Shown here: positions 45,936 to 55,534 of the stretch, in pieces
Layout of the letters: each line of letters starts with the position of its first letter
Numbering within the stretch: position 1 is the first letter of the stretch
Origin: Gemmatimonadales bacterium
GTDB lineage: Bacteria; Gemmatimonadota; Gemmatimonadetes; Gemmatimonadales; GWC2-71-9
Assembly: GCA_031404115.1 (NCBI GenBank)
Contig: JANNGX010000021.1
Location: 1-59,762, forward strand
DNA length: 59,762 nucleotides
Direction: 5' to 3'
The notes under the pieces: model-generated
What the model saw: only the letters and a program-made list of their open reading frames with translations
What the model was told of the DNA's origin: nothing
Database searches by the model: none
Program-made: the position numbers and the translations under genes

Positions 45936-48894
45936 GACTCCCCAGGACCCAACGCCCAAGCGCGCCCGGCCGGAAACATCCCCTACCAGGCGGGATGGAC
46001 GGCCGGCGCGGCGGCAGTCTTCACTGCTCCGACTGAGCGCCGCAATCGCTTCGGCTCAGACTGAGTCGGAGGTCTGCCTGGCCGTCGTGGATGGCCTGCA
46101 CGATGAGGCCCTCGGCTACGATTTTCTTGGGCTCTTCCTGCTCGACCCCGCCAGTGGCGACCGGGTGCTTCATGCCAGCGTCGGCTGGGCCGACATTCCC
46201 ATCCACATGCGGGTCCCTCCGGGCCAGGGCTTGAGCGACCGGCCCACTCGGGATCGCCTGCTCCGCTACACCGCCGATGTAACTCGAGAGGAGGGGTACG
46301 TCTCCAGTCTCAACAGCGGCTCCGAAGTGGACGTGCCGCTGCTCACCGGGAACGACGTGCTCGGAGTCCTGGTGGTCGAGAGCCGGGAACGGGGCGCGTT
46401 CGGTCCGGCAGACTTCGAGATTCTCACCGCGGCGGCGCAACACGCGAGTATCGCGATTGCCCGAGTCCGGCTGCTCGAGGAACAGCGGCGGCTCGTCGCC
46501 GAGGAACGCCGCCGGGCCGACGAACGGGAGGCGTTGCTCGCCACCATTACCGATCTCTCGTCCGAACTCGAGCTCTCCCGCCTGCTCCACGCCGTCCTGG
46601 CTCGGGCGGTGACGCTTTTGGGCTCCGCGGGAGGCGAGCTGGCCATTCACGACGAGGCGAAGGGCGACCTGGTCATCGCCGCGAACCACAACATGCGAGA
46701 GAGCTCCATTGGTACCCGGCTCAGGCTGGGGGAAGGCGCGATGGGACGCGTGGTACAGACCGGCGAGCAGATGATCATTCCCGACTACCAGGCCTGGGCG
46801 GGGCGTTCCGGCCAGTATGCCGCGATCGATGCCCATGCCGTCGTGGTGGCACCCTTGCTCATCGGCGGCCGACCAGTGGGGGCGATCAACGTCTGGCACG
46901 AGGACCCGTCCCGGAGCTTCGCCGCCGCCGACCAGCAGCTCCTCAGCCTCTTCGGCCAGCAGGCGGCCATCGCCCTCGAGAATGCCCGGCTGTACACCGC
47001 GGCGCAGCGGGAGCGCAGCTACTTCGAGGTGCTGGTCCGGAATAGCCCGGTGGCGATCGTGGCGCTCGACCTCGAACACAGAATCCTCTCCTGCAACCCG
47101 GCCTTCGAACGCCTGTACGGGTACCGCCAGACCGAGGTGGTCGGGCGGGACCTCGACGAGCTGATCACCACGTCGGAAACGCGGTCCGAGGCGGTGGGAT
47201 ACAGCCGTCAGGCCCTCGATGATCAGCCGGTGCAGGTGATCACCAAGCGACGCCGCAAGGATGGGAGTCTCGTGGACGTTGAGGTCCTTGCCGTGCCGGT
47301 GGTCATCGGGGGAGAACGCATTGGCCTGATGGGCCTCTATCACGACGTGACCGAGCTGCTCGCCGCGCGCAAGGCGTCGGAGGCGGCCAATCACGCCAAG
47401 AGCCAGTTCCTGGCCAGCATGAGTCACGAGCTGCGCACCCCGCTCAACGCTATCATCGGCTACAGCGAGATGCTCGAGGAAGAGGCCGCCGAGCGGGGTC
47501 ACGACAGCTACGTCCCCGATCTCCAGAAGATCCGATCCGCGGGGCGGCATCTGCTCGCTCTGATCAACGATGTGCTCGATCTTTCCAAGATCGAGGCCGG
47601 CAAGATGGAGCTGCATCTCGAGACGTTCGAGCTTCGGCCCGCCATCGACGCCGTCGCCGCGACCGTGGCACCACTCATCGAGAAGAACAACAACACGCTC
47701 GCGCTGGACCTCGCCGCCACCATCGGCGTCATGCGCGCCGATGTCACCCGGGTCCGGCAGGTGCTGTTCAACCTCCTGTCCAATGCCAGCAAGTTCACCG
47801 AGCACGGCACCATCACCCTGCGCGCACACCGGGAATCGGGAGTCGCGGGCGATACCATCCTCCTGACCGTGGAGGACACCGGGATCGGCATGACGCCGGA
47901 GCAGCTCGGTCGCCTCTTCCAGGCATTTTCCCAGGCCGAGGCCTCGACCGCGAGCAAATACGGTGGCACCGGGCTGGGGCTTGCAATCAGCCGCAAGATC
48001 TGCGAGATGATGGGCGGCGAGATTACCGTGGCCAGCACGCCAGGACAGGGAACCGCCTTTACCGTGCGGCTGCCGGCCGAGGTCCGCGAGCCGGGCGAGC
48101 CGGTCCTCCCCGTGCCTCTCAGGCCGGCTGGCGGGGCGGGAACGGTGCTGGTGATCGACGACGATCCCGCGGCGCGGCAGCTGGTGGCCCGGATGCTGAA
48201 CAAGGATGGGTTCCGGGTGCTCGAAGCCGCGAACGGCCGGGAGGGCCTTCGCCTGGCAGGTACGGAACGACCCGATGTGATCACCCTTGACGTGCTCATG
48301 CCGGAGCTCGATGGATGGGGTGTGCTGTCGGCGCTCAAGAGCGATCCGCTGCTGGCCTCGATCCCGGTGGTCATGCTCACGATCACCGACCAGCGCAATC
48401 TGGGATTCTCGCTCGGGGCTACCGAGTATCTGACCAAACCGATCGAACGGGCCCAGCTTTCCGCGGTGCTCGCGCGCTATCGTCGCCCGGCGGGAGCAAG
48501 CGTCCTCCTCGTCGAGGACGATCCCGCGACGCGCGCCGTGTTGCGCCGCTCGCTGGAAAAGGAAGGCTGGCGGGTGACCGAGGCCGAGAACGGCCGGGTT
48601 GGCCTCGAGCGGGTCGCGACGGACCGCCCCGCGCTGGTGCTCCTCGACCTGATGATGCCCGAGATGGACGGCTTTCAGTTTCTCGAGGGCCTGCGCTCGT
48701 GGAAGCCGGCGGACGCCCCGGCCGTCGTGGTCATTACCGCCAAGGACCTGACCGACGACGATCGGCGGCGACTCAACGGCGCGGTGCGCGACGTGGTGCA
48801 GAAAGGATCGCAGGAAATCGACTTGCTGCTCGAGGACGTCCGCCTCCGGGTTACCGCCCACCTCCGCCGTTCCGTCCTGGATATCCCCGCGTGA
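45829..48894 (+). CDS. Soluble hybrid sensor histidine kinase 1 (GAF-GAF-PAS-HisKA-HATPase_c-REC-REC)
   Basis: H-box [16 protein letters not shown] (His codon 47425-47427), N-box [26 protein letters not shown]. Two receivers (VLVIDDD...TLDVLMP...TKP and LLVEDD...LLDLMMP...QKG). No TM segments. The start is uncertain, see findings: the only canonical in-frame start upstream of the conserved N-terminus is TTG 45829. Confidence 0.8.
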   Translation: MSGARQTGWTAARPRAKSSSAKPRRSRTSGCPTAPETPQDPTPKRARPETSPTRRDGRPARRQSSLLRLSAAIASAQTESEVCLAVVDGLHDEALGYDFLGLFLLDPASGDRVLHASVGWADIPIHMRVPPGQGLSDRPTRDRLLRYTADVTREEGYVSSLNSGSEVDVPLLTGNDVLGVLVVESRERGAFGPADFEILTAAAQHASIAIARVRLLEEQRRLVAEERRRADEREALLATITDLSSELELSRLLHAVLARAVTLLGSAGGELAIHDEAKGDLVIAANHNMRESSIGTRLRLGEGAMGRVVQTGEQMIIPDYQAWAGRSGQYAAIDAHAVVVAPLLIGGRPVGAINVWHEDPSRSFAAADQQLLSLFGQQAAIALENARLYTAAQRERSYFEVLVRNSPVAIVALDLEHRILSCNPAFERLYGYRQTEVVGRDLDELITTSETRSEAVGYSRQALDDQPVQVITKRRRKDGSLVDVEVLAVPVVIGGERIGLMGLYHDVTELLAARKASEAANHAKSQFLASMSHELRTPLNAIIGYSEMLEEEAAERGHDSYVPDLQKIRSAGRHLLALINDVLDLSKIEAGKMELHLETFELRPAIDAVAATVAPLIEKNNNTLALDLAATIGVMRADVTRVRQVLFNLLSNASKFTEHGTITLRAHRESGVAGDTILLTVEDTGIGMTPEQLGRLFQAFSQAEASTASKYGGTGLGLAISRKICEMMGGEITVASTPGQGTAFTVRLPAEVREPGEPVLPVPLRPAGGAGTVLVIDDDPAARQLVARMLNKDGFRVLEAANGREGLRLAGTERPDVITLDVLMPELDGWGVLSALKSDPLLASIPVVMLTITDQRNLGFSLGATEYLTKPIERAQLSAVLARYRRPAGASVLLVEDDPATRAVLRRSLEKEGWRVTEAENGRVGLERVATDRPALVLLDLMMPEMDGFQFLEGLRSWKPADAPAVVVITAKDLTDDDRRRLNGAVRDVVQKGSQEIDLLLEDVRLRVTAHLRRSVLDIPA

Positions 48895-51800
48895 CGCCGG
48901 CTGGCACCGAGCCATCCCACGACCGTCATCGAGAGGCGGCGCTCCTGCGATTGAGCACCGGCATCGCGGCCGCGGAGACCGAACGGGACATCAGCCAGGC
49001 CGTCGTCGTTGGGCTGCAGGACGTGGCGCTCGGGTTCGATTTCGTCGCGGTACTGCTGGTAGACTCCGAGACCGGCGACCGGGTGGTGATCGCGAGCCGC
49101 GGCTGGGAGGGCGCGCCGCCCGGGCTCCGGGTCCGGCCCGGCCAGGGGCTGAGCGAGCTGCCCCTGCTCGACGGGCGGCTCCACTACACGCCCCAGGTCA
49201 CCCACGACACCCGCTATCTCCCGACCCGCAACGAGGGGTCGGAGGTGGACGTGCCCCTCCTCATCAACAAGCAGCTCGTTGGGGTACTCGTGGTGGAAAG
49301 CAACCGGCACCACGGGTTCGGGACGGACGACTTCGAGGTGCTTCGAGCCGCGGCTAATCAGGCCGGAATTGCCATTGGCCGGGCCCGACTGCTGGCCGCT
49401 GAGCGACGCCGCGCCGACGAGCAGGAAGCGCTCCGGGCGACAATGGCAGACCTTTCCGCCCGGCTGGAGCTCCCCGATCTGCTGCAGGCCGTGCTCGAAC
49501 GGGCCATCCAGCTCCTCCGGGTGAGCCATGGCGAGCTCGCGATCTACGACTCCGAACGCGAGCAGCTCGAGATCGTCGCGAGCTACAACCTCGGCAGGAA
49601 GGACACCACCGGCACCCGCATGCGAGTCGGGGAGGGTGCGATGGGGCACGTCGCCCTGACGCGCGAGCCGTTCATTATTCCCGATTACCAGGCCTGGGCC
49701 TCGCGCTCCGAGCAGTACTCGCAGTCCGCCTTTCACGCGGTCATGGTCGCCCCGCTTCTCATGGGGCGGCAACTCGTGGGTGCCATCGCCTTCATGGACC
49801 AGAACGAGGCGCGCCGGTTCGGCCCGGACGATCTCCGCCTCCTCGATCTGTTCGTCCCCCAGGCCGCCGTCGCCATCGAGAACGCCCGGCTTTTCACGGT
49901 CGAGCATCGCCGAGCCGAGGAACAACAGGCGCTGCTCGACACGATGAAGGATCTGGCCGGCCAGCTCGAGCTCTCCAAGGTGCTGCAGCGGGTGCTGGAA
50001 CGCGCGGTCGCGCTGCTCACGGTCACCGGGGGCGAGCTCGCCACCTGGGACACCGAGTCCGGGGACCTGGTCATCGTCGCCAGCCACGACATGGGCACCG
50101 ACGCGGTCGGCACCCGGATCGCGCTGGGCGACGGCGCCATGGGGCGCGTGGCCGAGACCCGCGAGTCCCTCATCATTCCGCGCTACCAGGAGTGGGATGG
50201 ACGCTCCTCCAAATACACCCAGAGCACCGTGCAGTCGGTGATGGCCGCGCCGCTGCTCATCGGAAACCGGCTGGTGGGTACCATCGCCAGCGTCCATTCC
50301 GATCCGGGCCGCGAGTTCGGAGCGGAGGATCTGCGGTTGCTCGAGCTATTCGCGCCAGAGGCGGCCATCGCCATCGAGAACGCGCGGCTGTTCACCCAGG
50401 CCCAGCACCAGCAGCAATACTTCGGCGAGCTGGTTGCCAACAGCCCGGTCGCTATTGTCACGCTCGACACCAGCCACATCGTGACCTCGTGCAACCCGGC
50501 CTTCCTGGCGCTCTACGGCTACAACGAGCCGGAAGTTCTCGGCCAGCACCTCGACGACCTGATCACCACCGAGGAGACCCGGGCCCAGGCGGTGCAGTAC
50601 ACCGCGCAAGCGCTCGACCACCGGCCGGTGCGCGCCATCGCACAGCGTCGCCGCAAGGATGGGAGCCTGGTGGACGTGGAGGTGCTGGGAGTGCCCGTGG
50701 TCGTGGAGGGCACGCTGGTCGGCATGATGGGCCTGTATCATGACATCACGGAGCTGCTGAAGGCGCGGCGGGAAGCGGAGCTGGCCAATACCGCCAAGAG
50801 CCAGTTCCTGGCGAGCATGAGCCACGAGCTGCGTACCCCCCTGAACGCCATCATCGGGTACAGCGAGCTGCTCGAAGAGGACGCCGTCGAACGGGGGCAG
50901 CCCGACTCGGTGGCCGATTTGCAGAAGATCCGCGCCGCGGGCCGCCATCTGCTCGCGCTGATCAACGACGTGCTCGATCTGTCCAAGATCGAGGCGGGCA
51001 AGATGGAGCTCCACCTCGAGACCTTCGCGCTTGGCCCCGCCATCGAGGCCGTGGCGGCGACCGTCGCCCCGCTCATCGAGAAGAACGGCAATGCACTCCG
51101 GCTCGAGCTTGCCGACGGGCTTGGCGCGATGCGAGCCGACGTGACCCGGGTTCGCCAGGTGCTGTTCAACCTGCTGTCCAATGCGAGCAAGTTCACCGAG
51201 CGCGGCACCATCACCCTCGCCGCGTACCGGGAGCCGGCGGCCGGCGGCGACACCATCCGCATCACCGTCCGGGACACCGGGATCGGCATGACCCCGGAGC
51301 AGCTCGGCCGGCTCTTTCAGGCGTTCTCTCAGGCCGAGGCATCCACCTCCAGCAAGTATGGCGGGACCGGCCTCGGACTCGCCATCAGCCGCATGTTCTG
51401 CGAAATGATGGGCGGCGACATCGCCGTGGCCAGCGCGCCGGGTGAGGGCACAGCGTTCACCGTCCGGCTTCCCGCCGAGGTGCGCGAGCCGCACGATGCC
51501 GCGAGCGCGCCGGCAGCCCCCGGCGAGCACAGCGGCGCCGGCACCGTGCTCGTGGTCGATGACGACCCCGCCGCGCGCGACTTGCTGGCGCGGATGCTTG
51601 GCAAGGAAGGCTTCCGGGTCCTGCAAGCGGCCAACGGCGAGGACGGCATCCGCCTCGCTCGAGCGGAGCACCCCGATGTGATCACGCTCGATGTGCTCAT
51701 GCCGGGACTCGATGGCTGGGGCGTGCTCGCCGCCCTCAAGGACGACCCCGCGCTCGCGGCCATTCCGGTGGTGATGCTTACCGTGACCGACGAGCGCACC

Positions 51801-52280
51801 CTGGGCTTCGCGCTGGGCGCGACGGAGTACCTGACCAAGCCGATCGAGCGCGCCCGGCTATCCGCGGTGCTGGCGCGCTACCGTCGCGCCCCGGGTTCCG
51901 GGGTCCTGATTGTGGAAGACGACGCCGACACCCGCGCGGTGCTGCGTCGCTCGCTGGAAAAAGAAGGGTGGCGCGTGACGGAGGCGGAGAACGGGCGGGT
52001 GGGGCTCGAGCGAGTCCACGCGGAACAGCCCTCCCTGGTTCTGCTCGATCTCATGATGCCGGAAATGGACGGCTTCGAATTTCTCGATGGGCTCCGGGCC
52101 GGGTCCGCCGCCGGCGCACCCGATGTGATTGTCATCACCGCGAAGGAGCTGACCGAGGACGATCGGCGGCGACTGAGCGGAGGGGTTTCGCGTGTGTTGC
52201 AGAAGGGTGGGCAGCGCGGCGAGGACCTCGTCGCCGAGGTCCGTCATTGCGTGGCGGCGCGGGCCGGTGGGCGCCGATGA
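48891..52280 (+). CDS. Soluble hybrid sensor histidine kinase 2 (GAF-GAF-GAF-PAS-HisKA-HATPase_c-REC-REC)
   Basis: The GTG at 48891 overlaps the HK1 stop (GTGA). His codon 50823-50825 lies in [16 protein letters not shown]. Same motifs as HK1, plus one extra ~168-aa GAF module. Track ORF 48315..52280 is trimmed. Confidence 0.8.
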   Translation: MTPAGTEPSHDRHREAALLRLSTGIAAAETERDISQAVVVGLQDVALGFDFVAVLLVDSETGDRVVIASRGWEGAPPGLRVRPGQGLSELPLLDGRLHYTPQVTHDTRYLPTRNEGSEVDVPLLINKQLVGVLVVESNRHHGFGTDDFEVLRAAANQAGIAIGRARLLAAERRRADEQEALRATMADLSARLELPDLLQAVLERAIQLLRVSHGELAIYDSEREQLEIVASYNLGRKDTTGTRMRVGEGAMGHVALTREPFIIPDYQAWASRSEQYSQSAFHAVMVAPLLMGRQLVGAIAFMDQNEARRFGPDDLRLLDLFVPQAAVAIENARLFTVEHRRAEEQQALLDTMKDLAGQLELSKVLQRVLERAVALLTVTGGELATWDTESGDLVIVASHDMGTDAVGTRIALGDGAMGRVAETRESLIIPRYQEWDGRSSKYTQSTVQSVMAAPLLIGNRLVGTIASVHSDPGREFGAEDLRLLELFAPEAAIAIENARLFTQAQHQQQYFGELVANSPVAIVTLDTSHIVTSCNPAFLALYGYNEPEVLGQHLDDLITTEETRAQAVQYTAQALDHRPVRAIAQRRRKDGSLVDVEVLGVPVVVEGTLVGMMGLYHDITELLKARREAELANTAKSQFLASMSHELRTPLNAIIGYSELLEEDAVERGQPDSVADLQKIRAAGRHLLALINDVLDLSKIEAGKMELHLETFALGPAIEAVAATVAPLIEKNGNALRLELADGLGAMRADVTRVRQVLFNLLSNASKFTERGTITLAAYREPAAGGDTIRITVRDTGIGMTPEQLGRLFQAFSQAEASTSSKYGGTGLGLAISRMFCEMMGGDIAVASAPGEGTAFTVRLPAEVREPHDAASAPAAPGEHSGAGTVLVVDDDPAARDLLARMLGKEGFRVLQAANGEDGIRLARAEHPDVITLDVLMPGLDGWGVLAALKDDPALAAIPVVMLTVTDERTLGFALGATEYLTKPIERARLSAVLARYRRAPGSGVLIVEDDADTRAVLRRSLEKEGWRVTEAENGRVGLERVHAEQPSLVLLDLMMPEMDGFEFLDGLRAGSAAGAPDVIVITAKELTEDDRRRLSGGVSRVLQKGGQRGEDLVAEVRHCVAARAGGRR

Positions 52281-55159
52281 CCCGGAAATCGAATGGTCAC
52301 GCCGCCCGCCGGCAGGCCGCGCTGCTCCGGCTCTCGGCCGAAATCGCCGCGGCGCCCGATGAGGGAGAGGTCTGCCGCGCAGTCGTCAACGGGCTTCGCG
52401 ACCCGGCCCTCGGGTATGTCTTTCTGGGATTGTTTCTGCTGGATGACGCCACCGGCGATCGGGTGCTCCAGGCCAGCGTGGGATGGCCCGACGCTCCGAC
52501 CGGTTGGCGGGTCCACCCCGGACAAGGACTGAGCGAGCGTCCGCTGCAGGACGGCAAGCTGCACTACACCCCCGATGTCACCCGCGAGGCGGGCTACCTC
52601 CCCAGCCTGAACAGCGGCTCCGAAGTGGATGTGCCGCTCGTGATGGGGAAGACGGTGTTCGGCGTGCTCGTGGTGGAGAGCACCGAGCCGGACGCCTTCA
52701 CCGGAAACGATCTCGAGATTCTCACCGCGGCCGCTACGCAGGCCAGCATCGCGATCGGGCGAGCGCGCTCCCTCGCCGCGGAGCGACGGCGCGCCGACGA
52801 GCAGCAGGCGCTTCTCGATACCCTGGCCGATCTCTCGGGCGAGCTCGAACTCAGCAAGCTGCTCCAGGCGGTGCTTCGGCGGGCTACCACCCTCCTCGGC
52901 GTGAGCGGCGGCGAGCTCGCGATCTACGATGAGGTGCATAAGGAGCTCGAGATCGTCGCCAGCCTGCATATCGGGGTGGACTCCACCGGGACCCGCCTTG
53001 GTCTCGGCGAGGGAGCGATGGGCCACGTGGCGACGACCCAGGAGCCGATCTGCATTGCGGAATACCAGGAATGGCTGGGCCGGTCGGGGAAGTATTCCGG
53101 CGTCGAGGTCCACTCGGTCATGGCGGCGCCGCTGCTCATCGGGCACCGCCTGGTGGGCGCGTTTGCCTGCGTTCACGATGATCCTGCCCGGAAGTTCGGC
53201 CCCGACGATTTGCGCCTGCTCAACTTGTTCGCACCCCAGGCCGCGGTCGCCATCGAGAACGCGCGGCTGTACACCGCCGCCCAGCGACAGAAACAGTATT
53301 TCGAGGAGCTCGTCCTCAACAGTCCCGTGGCGATCGTCACACTCGATACCCGGCACGACATCGTCTCGTGCAATCCGGCGTTCGAGCAGCTGTACGGGTA
53401 CGAGCAGGACGAGGTCACCGGGCGTAACCTCGACGAGCTCATCTCGACGGCCACCACGCGCTCGGAAGCGGTGGCCATCACGCAGCACGTCCTCCAGGAA
53501 GGCGCCATGCGGAGCATCGGCCGCCGCCGGCGCAAGGACGGTACGCTGGTGGATGTGGAAGTCCTCGGGGTGCCGGTCCTGGTGGAGGGCAAGCTGGTGG
53601 GACTGATGGGGCTCTACCACGACATCACCGAGCTCGCGCGCGCGCGGCAGGCGGCCGAAGCCGCCAACAGCGCGAAGAGCCAGTTCCTCGCGAACATGAG
53701 TCACGAGCTTCGCACGCCGCTCAACGCCATCATCGGGTACAGCGAGATGCTCGAGGAGGAAGTCGCCGACATCGGGCACACCGAGCTGGCGCCCGATCTC
53801 CGCAAGATCCGCTCGGCGGGGCGGCACCTCCTGGCCCTGATCAACGACATCCTCGACCTCTCCAAGATCGAGGCCGGCAAAACGGAACTCTTCCTCGAGG
53901 ACTTCGAGATCGGTGCCATGGTGGAGGACGTCGCCACGACGATCCGGCCGCTGGTGGAGAAGAACGCCAACCGGCTGGTCGTCCGCGTGGAGGCGGCCGG
54001 CACGATGCGCGGCGACCTTACCAAGGTCCGCCAGATGCTGCTCAATCTGCTCTCGAATGCGTGCAAATTCGCCGACCACGGAACGATCACGCTGGACATC
54101 GTGCGCGGCCCTGGCGCAGAGGGGGCGGAAGAGATTCGCTTTGTGGTGTCGGACTCGGGCATCGGCATGACGCCGGCGCAGACGGCGCGGCTCTTCGAGG
54201 CGTTCTCCCAGGCCGAAACGTCCACCAGCAAGAAGTACGGAGGAACCGGGCTCGGCCTCGCCATCACGCGACAGTTTGCCCGGATGATGGGGGGAGACGT
54301 GACCGTGGAGAGCGAGCCGGGCCGGGGCTCCAGCTTCACCATCCGGCTCCCGGCAACCACCGCGGCGCCGGCGGAAGCGGGTGAAGGCGCGGAGGGCTCC
54401 GGCCGCGCCGGGACGGTGCTGGTCATCGACGACAGCGTGCAGGCCCGCGAGCTCATCCGGCGCTTCCTGGTCGATGACGGTTTCCGGGTCGTGGAAGCCG
54501 CGAGCGGCGAAGCGGGCCTCGAGCTGGCGCGCCGGGAGCCACCCGACGCCATCACCCTCGACGTCCTCATGCCCGGCATGGATGGGTGGGCAGTACTCGC
54601 GGCGCTCAAGGCCGACCCGTTGCTCGCCGGCATTCCGGTGATCATGCTGACGATGCTTGACGACCGGAGTCTCGGGCTGGCGCTCGGCGCCACCGATTTC
54701 ATGACCAAGCCCATCGATCGGGAGCGACTCCGCGCTTTGCTCGCGCGCTACCGGCGGAACGGTTCGGGCGATGTGCTCGTGGTCGAGGACGATCCCGGCA
54801 CCCGGGAGCTGCTGCGCCGCCAATTGGAAGCGGACGGGTGGTCGGTCACCGAGGCGGAGAACGGCAGGGCGGGGCTCGCCGCCGTCGAGCGCACCATGCC
54901 GTCGCTCATCCTCCTCGACCTCATGATGCCGGTCATGGATGGATGCCAGTTTGCCGCGGAGCTCCGGAAACGGGAAGCATGGCGTGGGATCCCGGTCATC
55001 GTCATTACCGCGAAAGATCTGACGTCGGAAGATCGCCGCGCGCTCAACGGAGATGTGCAGGGCGTCCTGCAGAAGGGTGCCTTCGGTCGCGAGGAGCTGT
55101 TGCGCGAGATTCACCACCTGATGGGCCCGGCGGTCGCCGGGCCCCAGCACGGGAGGTAG
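52277..55159 (+). CDS. Soluble hybrid sensor histidine kinase 3 (GAF-GAF-PAS-HisKA-HATPase_c-REC-REC)
   Basis: The ATG at 52277 overlaps the HK2 stop (ATGA). His codon 53702-53704 lies in [42 protein letters not shown], and two receivers. Confidence 0.85.
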   Translation: MTRKSNGHAARRQAALLRLSAEIAAAPDEGEVCRAVVNGLRDPALGYVFLGLFLLDDATGDRVLQASVGWPDAPTGWRVHPGQGLSERPLQDGKLHYTPDVTREAGYLPSLNSGSEVDVPLVMGKTVFGVLVVESTEPDAFTGNDLEILTAAATQASIAIGRARSLAAERRRADEQQALLDTLADLSGELELSKLLQAVLRRATTLLGVSGGELAIYDEVHKELEIVASLHIGVDSTGTRLGLGEGAMGHVATTQEPICIAEYQEWLGRSGKYSGVEVHSVMAAPLLIGHRLVGAFACVHDDPARKFGPDDLRLLNLFAPQAAVAIENARLYTAAQRQKQYFEELVLNSPVAIVTLDTRHDIVSCNPAFEQLYGYEQDEVTGRNLDELISTATTRSEAVAITQHVLQEGAMRSIGRRRRKDGTLVDVEVLGVPVLVEGKLVGLMGLYHDITELARARQAAEAANSAKSQFLANMSHELRTPLNAIIGYSEMLEEEVADIGHTELAPDLRKIRSAGRHLLALINDILDLSKIEAGKTELFLEDFEIGAMVEDVATTIRPLVEKNANRLVVRVEAAGTMRGDLTKVRQMLLNLLSNACKFADHGTITLDIVRGPGAEGAEEIRFVVSDSGIGMTPAQTARLFEAFSQAETSTSKKYGGTGLGLAITRQFARMMGGDVTVESEPGRGSSFTIRLPATTAAPAEAGEGAEGSGRAGTVLVIDDSVQARELIRRFLVDDGFRVVEAASGEAGLELARREPPDAITLDVLMPGMDGWAVLAALKADPLLAGIPVIMLTMLDDRSLGLALGATDFMTKPIDRERLRALLARYRRNGSGDVLVVEDDPGTRELLRRQLEADGWSVTEAENGRAGLAAVERTMPSLILLDLMMPVMDGCQFAAELRKREAWRGIPVIVITAKDLTSEDRRALNGDVQGVLQKGAFGREELLREIHHLMGPAVAGPQHGR

Positions 55160-55162
55160 CGT

Positions 55163-55534
55163 ATGCCGAAGATTCTCCTGGTGGAAGACAATGAGATGAA
55201 TCGCGACATGCTTTCGCGTCGCCTGCAGCGGAAGGGGTTCGAGGTCGTGCTTGCGGTGGATGGCCTGCAGGGCGTGGCCATGGCGACGGCCGGCGGGTAC
55301 GACCTCATCCTGATGGACATGAGCCTCCCCGAGCTCGACGGCTGGGAGGCCACCCGCCGCGTGCGGGAAGCCGAAACCGGACCCCGGGTGCCGATCATCG
55401 CGTTGACCGCCCACGCGATGTCAGGCGACCGTGAGAAGGCCATGGCCGCCGGCTGCGACGACTACGACACCAAGCCGGTGGAGCTGGAACGGCTGCTCGG
55501 GAAGATTCAAGCCCTGCTTGGGAAGCAGGCATGA
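55163..55534 (+). CDS. Single-domain CheY-like response regulator
   Basis: MPKILLVEDNEMNRDML...DLILMDMSLPELDG...IIALTAHAM...YDTKP. GGGAGG lies upstream, inside the end of HK3. The ATG lies 3 nt after the HK3 stop. Confidence 0.9.
   Translation: MPKILLVEDNEMNRDMLSRRLQRKGFEVVLAVDGLQGVAMATAGGYDLILMDMSLPELDGWEATRRVREAETGPRVPIIALTAHAMSGDREKAMAAGCDDYDTKPVELERLLGKIQALLGKQA

Noticed and set aside
46021-48915. 964-aa minus-strand ORF antisense to HK1 (likewise 48675..50297, 50346..51671, 52244..55414 and 55579..57543 antisense to HK2, HK3 and the kinase fusion)
   Set aside because: Their products are Arg/Gly/Pro/His-rich with no recognisable motifs. The plus strand carries complete, motif-perfect GAF/PAS/HK/REC/kinase domains. 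Long stop-free antisense frames are expected in high-GC coding DNA.
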